64,000 bases of DNA, from positions 19,840,001 to 19,904,000 of the forward strand of contig CP068257.2 of NCBI GenBank assembly GCA_009914755.4, read 5' to 3'. Shown here one piece after another: positions 55,742-64,000 of the stretch (position 1 is the first letter of the stretch; the number at the start of each line of letters is the position of its first letter). The notes under the pieces were generated by a model. It was not told the origin of the DNA. It saw nothing but the letters and a program-made list of their open reading frames with translations, and ran no database searches. Origin of the DNA: the human T2T-CHM13v2.0 reference genome, Homo sapiens. A program made the position numbers and the translations under genes.

Positions 55742-56120
55742 AATAATATCACCTCTCATGATATACCAGATGACATCTGACAGGGGCAGAGTGCATGGAC
55801 ATTTACTGTCTTTAATGTGGAAACTCTCTCTCTCTCTGTGTTAATATTAATAAAACATAACATAGTATTAGTGTTTCTTTAAGTAACTAAATATTTTAGT
55901 TACAAAAGCAGTACCAACATATATAATTTATATTTAATAATATCACCTTTTATGATAGACTGGATGACATTTGACAGGGGCAGAATGCATTTAGACATTC
56001 ACAGTTTTAATGCAAAATCTCTCCCTCTCTGTTGATAAAACATAACATATATTAGCGTTTCCATAAGTAACCAAATATTTTAGTTTCAAAAGCAGTATCT
56101 ATATGTAATTTTATATTTAA
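55742..56120. repeat. Two-copy tandem duplication, unit about 190 bp (copy 1 about 55742..55937; copy 2 about 55938..56120; roughly 85% identity with small indels)
   Basis: Copy 1 aataatatcacctctcatgatataccagatgacatctgacaggggcagagtgcatggacatttactgtctttaatgtggaaactctctctctctctgtgttaatattaataaaacataacatagtattagtgtttctttaagtaactaaatattttagttacaaaagcagtaccaacatatataatttatatttaat. Copy 2 aataatatcaccttttatgatagactggatgacatttgacaggggcagaatgcatttagacattcacagttttaatgcaaaatctctccctctctgttgataaaacataacatatattagcgtttccataagtaaccaaatattttagtttcaaaagcagtatctatatgtaattttatatttaatt. Confidence 0.85.
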
Positions 56121-56440
56121 TTAAATAAAAATATATATACTTTAAATAAAATTATATAATTTAATTTAATTTAATTATATATAATTTAATTTAATTTAAT
56201 TATATATGATTTAATTTAATTTAATTATATATGATTTAATTTAATTTAATTATATATGATTTAATTTAATTTAATTATATATATTTAATTTAATTTAATT
56301 ATATATATTTAATTTAAATTAATTATATATAATTTAATTTAATTATATATAATTTAATTTAATTATATATAATTAAATTATATATAATTAAATTAAAATA
56401 TAATTTGATTACATTAAATTATATATAATTTTATTTAAAC
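56120..56440. repeat. AT-only minisatellite, about 12 copies of a 25-bp unit GATTTAATTTAATTTAATTATATAT with variants, directly abutting the 190-bp duplication
   Basis: ...ttatataatttaatttaatttaattatatataatttaatttaatttaattatatatgatttaatttaatttaattatatatgatttaatttaatttaattatatatgatttaatttaatttaattatatatatttaatttaatttaattatatatatttaatttaaattaattatatataatttaatttaattatatataatttaatttaattatatataattaaattatatataattaaattaaaatataatttg. Confidence 0.9.
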
Positions 56441-57795
56441 ACTCAAAAATCAAAGAAATGTAAAAAGTAGAAATCAAAGACCTTAATCAATACTGATCCT
56501 ATTTGCTGCCTCATACATAAGCATTAATATTTTTTTCCTTCCTTCCCAATAATTTTCCATGTGGTCTATAGTTTGTAAAAAATAATATCCTAGGATACAC
56601 ACACACTCACACACACAGATATTTCTATGTACTACATATATACATATATAAATTTTAGCAAATTTATGTCACATAGAAATGCAGCTGCAATAATGTTCCA
56701 TTTCAGCACATAAATCTCTTCCTCATTCTTTTCATAAATGAGTAGTATTCCATAGTGTTAGATATAATAATGTATTTCTCTGCTTCTTTATTGTTACACT
56801 TTAGAAGAAACTTTCAATATTTTTATAATGGACTGTTCTGTTTTGAATATCCATATATATAAATTTTGTAAATATACAGTAAGATACTAGATGTAGAATG
56901 GAAGGCCAAAACTGAAAAATTCTGGCAAATTGCCCACAGAAGTCTATTCCAATTCATGGCTGCAATAAAAGCAAAGAATGCATATTTCTCTACAACTTCT
57001 GACATATTAAATATCACCAATTTATTTTTTGACAATCTGGTAAGTAAAAGTTTTTATTTTGATGTTATTTAAGATTTGCATTTGTCTATTTAGGTTGAGT
57101 CTGAGCTTGTTTCTTTTTTTGGTTACTTTGTTTTAATTGTCTTTTAATATCTTTACACACTTTCATAGAGTTATTTAACCTTTTCTCTTACTTGTTGCTT
57201 ATATCATGTGCCCTATAATCATTTGATTTTGTATTACTTGCAAATATTTATTTATATGATGCTATTTATTACATGAAAGTTTATATTTTTATCTGCAAGT
57301 TTATGAATTTCATAAATTTTTTTCAGTGTTGACATTTTCATTTTTAAAAAATTTCTTAAAATTGAAAGTTTCAGTAATATATTTCCAAATGTAAATTCTC
57401 CATGCATGCCACGACAGTGATGCAGGTAACACTGATTGAGTGTGGCACATGCATCAGCTATTACAAGTAACCTACAGGAATTAGTTTGGCACTATTACCA
57501 TCTTTGTTTTATTAACTAAGAAATTCGAAGGATGGGGAGTTTTATGCAATGAGTTAGTGGGAGAGCCAGCTAATTTAGTTCTGATACACCTCCCTTTAAA
57601 CATTATGCTATGCTTGTTATTATTTCCTATTTAATAGTAAGTTCTAAAATATGGCAGGAATTTATATAATGTTAACCAGTCTATACATTGTGAAACTTAT
57701 CCACATTACATTTTGTGACTATTTTGACAAACAATTGCCTCATTTACTCTTTTTAATTCTACAGACAATATCAATAATGTTTCTGGTATTACTTA

Positions 57796-58068
<273 letters not shown>

Positions 58069-60593
58069 TTACAATGGATAGGAGATTCGACATGTAAATT
58101 ATGTGTGTTTCAAATATAGCCAACCAAGGTTAAGTAAAATATTCACTTGATAATACTTATGGTATTTATTATAATAAAAAAGTTAAAAATAACCTAAATG
58201 TTTGTCAGTTGGTAACTGGTTAAATATATGGTGGTACATACATACAACAGCATAGTATGCAGCATGAAAAAATAAAAGACAACTCTAAATATTCTTTTAT
58301 AGATTATAGCTAAAACTCAGTGTTAGTTCAAAAGGCTCAATTATATACAGTTAGTATATTATTTGTGTAAAAATAACTGTATGCATTTGATTCATATGTG
58401 CTGATATCTGTGTAGAATGTCTCTGGAAAAAAATTAATGTAATAAAAATTAAAATTAAAAAGGTCACCAAAAACAAAAATAAGAATTGTAAAGGCTACTA
58501 ACTAACCATTTTCTCTTGTTAATCTTGAATGTCCTTTCAGTAATATTTAATTATTTTTAATTTAAAGATATTTGTTTGCATATTAATTCTTAGTAAGAAA
58601 AAGAATTAAAATCAGAATTCACTAGTTCTGTCTTCTCTCTGCATTGTGCTTTAGTTCATCGTATATTTGTACCAATTGTTAATATAAGAAAATGTTTGAA
58701 TCATTTTCTTGCTAAGAATCATCAATAGCCACATTTCCACAAATAGTATACTCCTGTATGTCATCACAAACACTGGCATAATGCAGAATTTTTTAAAAGA
58801 ATCAATTGAAGAATAATGAAAACTAACACACAAACAGACCAAACAACATTAAGATCCAGTGGTGGTGGGCTCTTCATCCATCTTTACTTACTCTGTAGAT
58901 CTTACTTACTTGGGGCCCTTGATCAGATAATGTTGCTAAATCTGTGTGAATCACTGTCTCTTACAGACATCTGATTTTCAGAGCTAAAAAAGTTTATTCA
59001 CTTCTAGATTTCTTCTATTCTTATAAACACCCATTCTTCAAATTATGATGCATGTGTATGTGAGGTACCTACATACTCAGATAAGAGGAATGATATGGAA
59101 CTGTGATCTGATCAAAAGTGTTTTATATCCTTAGTGTTTTTTTCTATATAAGTCTCAGCATTTGTAGAGTCTGTTCAATCTTTGGACCATTGTAGATTTG
59201 TTGTTTGCTTGCTTTTTTTTTTTTTTTTTTTTTTTTGGTAATCCTAGTGTATATGCTTCCTAAGAGCAAATTTTAATATCCTATATCCACCATTATGATA
59301 AGAAACATAACAGTTTCCCTGCTCTGAATGTTCTAAATGTCCCACCCTTCCTCTAGTCCCTGGCAACTACAGACTTTATTATTGTCATTATGCATTTGTC
59401 ATTTCCGGAATGTCATATAGTTGGAATTAGAAAGTATTTAGTCGTTTCAAACTGCCTCAGTTGCCTTAGTAAATATATTTAAAGTTCTATATATTTTCAT
59501 GGTAGTTAGCTCATTTATTTTTTATTAGTAGTAATTTTCAGTTTTACCGATGGACCACAGCTTACTTACCCATTACCTACTATCCATTCACTTATTGAAA
59601 GACAAGTTGGTTACAATTTTTGGCAATTTATAAATAGTGTTACTGTAAACATTCATATGAAGACTGTTGAATGAATACAAATTGAAGTCCCCAACCCTTC
59701 TTTAGTTTTTTTTTTTTTTTTCTGTAACTATTTGAAATCTTTATTAGGAGTACCTCATGCCCAATTCTTCTGTCTCACTTTACTCCTTGTCATCACCAAA
59801 TAACTTCCTTGTTACTCTTTTTTTGGTTGTTGTTCAGTTGTGAGGCATGAAACATTATAATAAGTTTTCTAGTTTTCATCAATTGTGAAAAATTACATTC
59901 ACTGTTATATATTCAAAATTTGATAAAGACGACATTGGAGGATGAAGTTATAAATGAAAAGATATGCATATATGTTACAAAGATTATTTTATTTAAACTA
60001 TTTTCTTGAAAAACGTGAATAAGTTAGAAGTCCATAATCATTTTATAGTTAAGATCTTTCATACAAATGGGTAGACATATTTAAAAGAAGACAACACATA
60101 CAAATTTTGTCTTCTAAATTTTGAAATAAAAGCAACCCTTCTGAAGTATTTCAAATATTTTAAAATTTTAAAATGTTTTCTTTTTTATTATTTTAAAAAT
60201 GTTTTGAAATATTTTGATAGTTTCAAATGTGGCTAGTTAGAGGAAAGAAACCTACTTGATGCTGTACATTTTATTAACAAAATATTTTCATTTTTTTCAA
60301 AATAGAATATATACAGTAGGATTTTAAAATGTGTACCAATTTTGCAAAATAATTGATACAGTTTTGATGAGAAAATCTATCTAGAAAAAATGGAATTTCT
60401 TCCTTTTTTTCTGAGTGATAATATATGGTGAAACAAATTTAAATGGTAAAGCATTTCTCAGTGGTTTTCTTAAATTAACCAAGTTGGATTTATTTGGAGG
60501 AAGGTAGAATTGGGTGATTTTAAACTCTGTTTTTTTCCATAATGCATCCATTTTTAAATTACACAGGTGAGATGTTTCTCTTTATGTTTCTAG

Positions 60594-60713
60594 GAAAGAT
60601 GGATCAAAAGAACCAATAGTGGAGATGAGAACAGAGGATGAAAGAGTTACTAATCACGAAGATGGGAGCCCAGTAAATGAGCCAAATGAAACCACACCAC
60701 TGACAGAACCTGA
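60594..60713 (+). CDS. NCAM2: NCAM2 cytoplasmic-domain exon (120 nt); phase 2 in, phase 2 out
   Basis: Acceptor ctctttatgtttctag|GAAAGATGG; with CT from the TM exon the frame reads [40 protein letters not shown] plus GA; donor CCTGA|gtatgt. This matches NCAM1 exon 17 closely ([39 protein letters not shown]). ORF-track entry 60619..60804 overlaps it in the same frame. Confidence 0.92.
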
Positions 60714-62385
60714 GTATGTGGCTTGGAGTGCTCACTTATGTTCAAATGGGTATTGGCAAAATGATAACACATTATTATTGTTGTATTACATATTTAAATA
60801 TTAATTATTTGTAAAAGAATTGTGCTTTTACTTTTTTGATGAAAGTACATGTGAATATCTAAAATCCATTTTCTAAGGAGACATTTTTCATGAAAACTTT
60901 GTATGAATGTCAGAGAAAGTCTGTTAAACCATATATCTGTAATTTAATGCAAAAGTATAAAAAGGTAAGTATCTTACAGAGTTTGAGGTTTTCAACAATA
61001 GTCTGTCTTTTTAAGATAGTGTTGTTTTCTCTTTCAAGATAAAATAATTATATTTACTGAAATAAGGACATGTTAGGAAATTTGTCATCGCTTTGAATAT
61101 AAATGTCATTGAAATATACGCACGGCTATTTTAAAAAGAAATATTTGTGCAGAGGAGAAAATAATATTAAAGTGTTTATCATTGCAATATCTATGTAGTA
61201 AATGATGCTTGGTTTCCATTCTTGATGTTATTTATTTTGCATCTCTAATAGCTCTGTTAAAACTATAGTAGATATCAAAAGCTGAAAAGATGAATATACG
61301 CCTAGATTCATGCACAGAATAATTAGAATAATTCAAAGCAAAGGCATTATTACAAAGTAGTAATAGTAGTATTCTTCTATTGGATGTATGTGGTACTAAC
61401 AAAACCATGGTGATCACACACTTCTTTACTGTGCACCAAAATAACTTTTTAATTTTATTATTTTTCAAAACAAATATTTATTTTTGTAACACCTAATATT
61501 TTCTTGCAGAGTAAACTGATTTAGGTTTCTCATCCTAAATCAAAGAAAAAATGTTGTCACAGATGAAGAAAATGATTTTATTTTCATAAATTCCCTCTGT
61601 CTACCCACAAGGGGCTGAAATAATTAATATTTACACAAATGCAAAGTACTACTCTATAGAAAAAAATTTAATATAAATCCTCGGGCCAATTTTAGTGATT
61701 GCATTTAGAGATTATTACAATGTAAATTCAAATTAACTGTATTAGATGTGGGTTCTACATTCTTCACTTTAGAAATAAGAGGTGTACATGAAAACTAGTT
61801 AAGAATATGCTCTTGGACCAGGCTATATTTTGGGAAAAAAGGGTAATTTAATAACTATTTCACAATTATAGAAAATTAATCACCAATATAAAATAATATG
61901 ATTAACAGTGATCTTAAACATATTTTACCTATACGTAAGTGGTGAGAAATTCTATACCCAGAAACAAACTATCAATTTGGTGAAAGCACTGGGTCATTAA
62001 AAACTTAATATATATTTCATGAGTAAGAGATATATTATTATGCTAACTTACTATCAGAACTCTAATCAGAACTCTTTCTCTACAGTTTGATGCTTGAGGT
62101 GACACATTGCTTTTATGACCTTGTATTGTCAATATTTTCAGTACTTGTGAATGCTAAAAAGGAATAACTGAGACTGCACTATTTATAACATATATAAAAT
62201 AGCCTGCTCTCATTGGTACAATGTTTTTTAATGTTTTTTTCATTCCCAGCAATGGATATTACTAGTTTTTGCCTATTACTTCTTTTGATTACTTCTGATT
62301 GCTTTGATCTGCAGAATGTTTTACCCTTCTCATTCAAAAATATAAAATAAATTACAAACAAATCCCAGATGAACTAGCATTGTAA

Positions 62386-62746
<361 letters not shown>

Positions 62747-63140
62747 TGGAATACTATTTCTAACTTAATTTTCTTGGTGTGGAAAAAGTATGTTGTTAAG
62801 GGAGAAAAACTCATCTCCAAATGTCATGTACACAATAGTAAACAATTGAATTTGCAAGTTTTAGGAAAATCTTGAAAGCACAATTCATTGGCATCGAAGT
62901 AGGGTTTATGACGCTGTCTTGATATTAAGAAATAAAGTTGTTATTGCTTCATAAGTTACAATTGCAAACAACTCAAAATCCGTGTTGCAAAGTGACATAA
63001 AAGTGACAAGAAAAACAATGTGAAAAGAGACAAAAGAAAACATATACAATAAATATTAAAAAGTGAGCAAGTCCTAAAATATGTTCATTTGCATTAAGTT
63101 CTAAGGAATATTGTTAATTCACTTAGTTTCTGAATTTTAT

Positions 63141-63403
63141 TTTATTTTATTTTAATAATAATTATTATTATTTGAGATGGAGTCTTGCTCTGTTGCCCAG
63201 GCTGAAGTGCAGTGGCATGATCTCAGCTCACTGCAATCTCCACCTCCCGGTTCAAGTGATTTCCGTCTAATTTTTGTAATTTTAGTAGATACCTGGTTTC
63301 ACCGTGTTGGCCCGGCTGGTCTTGAACTCCTGACCTCAAGTGATCCACCCGCCTCAGCATCCCAAAGTGCTAGGATTACAAGCATGAGCCACCACGCCCA
63401 GCC
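63141..63403 (-). mobile_element. Alu SINE, minus orientation, with about 60-bp internal deletion (the left-monomer/linker region is missing) and a 15-bp target-site duplication GTTTCTGAATTTTAT
   Basis: tttattttattttaataataattattattatttGAGATGGAGTCTTGCTCTGTTGCCCAGGCTGAAGTGCAGTGGCATGATCTCAGCTCACTGCAATCTCCACCTCCCGGTTCAAGTGATTTCCGTCTAATTTTTGTAATTTTAGTAGATACCTGGTTTCACCGTGTTGGCCCGGCTGGTCTTGAACTCCTGACCTCAAGTGATCCACCCGCCTCAGCATCCCAAAGTGCTAGGATTACAAGCATGAGCCACCACGCCCAGCC. TSD copies at 63126..63140 and 63406..63420. Confidence 0.9.
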
Positions 63404-63902
63404 TGGTTTCTGAATTTTATGTAACAGAATATGGCAACAATTATTAATTGTTTTCACTGGAGAAAACGTAGTGCTAATAAATCATATCATTGACATTTAA
63501 AAATATTTTGGCATTTTACCTTCCATAACATGTAATTATATTTTGGAGATCAACAACTAGTTACCAAATCTAAGCCACCCTATAGTGAGCAATTTGGTGC
63601 ATCTATATCTACAAATATATTGTTTCATTCATCATTCTGCATTACATTTTTAAAAGGCCAAGTAATTGTTTTTACTCTCTTTTAGATCTTTTTAAATCTA
63701 TTTTATATTATGTTAATAAATTTAATTTTTCCTTTCTAATTATTGTAGCACGTTTTCTCTATAAAATAGTAACTTATTTAGCATATATAAAATGTTAGCA
63801 TATTATTGGAGCATATTTTCCTTACAAAACAGTAACTTAAAGGTTAAGGTACGTCTCCTTAAATACCTCAGAAAATGAAGCTTATTATTTTTTATCTTCC
63901 AG

Positions 63903-64000
63903 AAAATTGCCTTTAAAGGAAGAAGATGGGAAAGAAGCTCTAAATCCAGAAACTATAGAAATTAAAGTTTCTAACGACATCATTCAATCAAAAGAAGACG
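63903..64000 (+). CDS. NCAM2: Start of the NCAM2 terminal coding exon (cytoplasmic C-terminus); phase 2 in; continues beyond the window end
   Basis: Acceptor cttattattttttatcttccag|AAAATTGCC; with GA from exon 60594..60713 the frame reads [33 protein letters not shown] ... This is the same position and style as the NCAM1 C-terminal exon (PEKGPVEAKPE..TQTKENESKA). Confidence 0.85.

Noticed and set aside
56120-56440. Regularly spaced 25-bp direct repeats that superficially resemble a CRISPR array
   Set aside because: The units are contiguous AT-only repeats with no unique spacers. The sequence is human (Alu/L1-rich), so this is a minisatellite, not a CRISPR array.
59215-59237. Poly(T) runs at 59215..59237 and 59704..59721 considered as possible additional splice-acceptor tracts or exons
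   Set aside because: No in-phase ORF with acceptor and donor consensus follows either run. They look like ordinary intronic homopolymers or relics of repeat tails.

Overview
This window is human intronic and exonic DNA from the 3' end of NCAM2 (neural cell adhesion molecule 2), which is transcribed on the + strand. It is not a prokaryotic locus, so prokaryote-style systems such as CRISPR arrays, operons and toxin/antitoxin pairs do not apply. The sequence is very AT-rich, has no CpG island, and retains CpG only inside young Alu elements. Five NCAM2 coding exons can be read directly from the sequence, with canonical AG/GT splice sites and mutually consistent codon phases. They are (1) the exon for the C-terminal half of the second fibronectin-III domain (3365..3545); (2) a short alternative terminal exon (10529..10635) that encodes a GPI-attachment-type hydrophobic tail plus stop and is followed by poly(A) signals; (3) the transmembrane exon (34929..35133); (4) a 120-nt cytoplasmic exon (60594..60713); and (5) the start of the terminal coding exon (63903..window end). 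No ORF was computed for the GPI exon because it is shorter than 60 aa. The rest is interspersed repeats: about 15 Alu insertions, several with perfect 13-15 bp target-site duplications; several ancient L1 segments, including a large composite L1 of about 7.8 kb with nested Alus; a MaLR-type LTR fragment; simple and AT-rich tandem repeats; and a composite tandem duplication plus 25-bp minisatellite. Most ORFs in the supplied track are artefacts of Alu, poly-A or low-complexity sequence. All coordinates are hand-counted and may be off by 1-2 nt. Nothing is visible by eye between the repeats other than two observations flagged as findings: a 38-bp motif present in three dispersed copies, and a 32-nt poly(T) run abutting the TM-exon acceptor.
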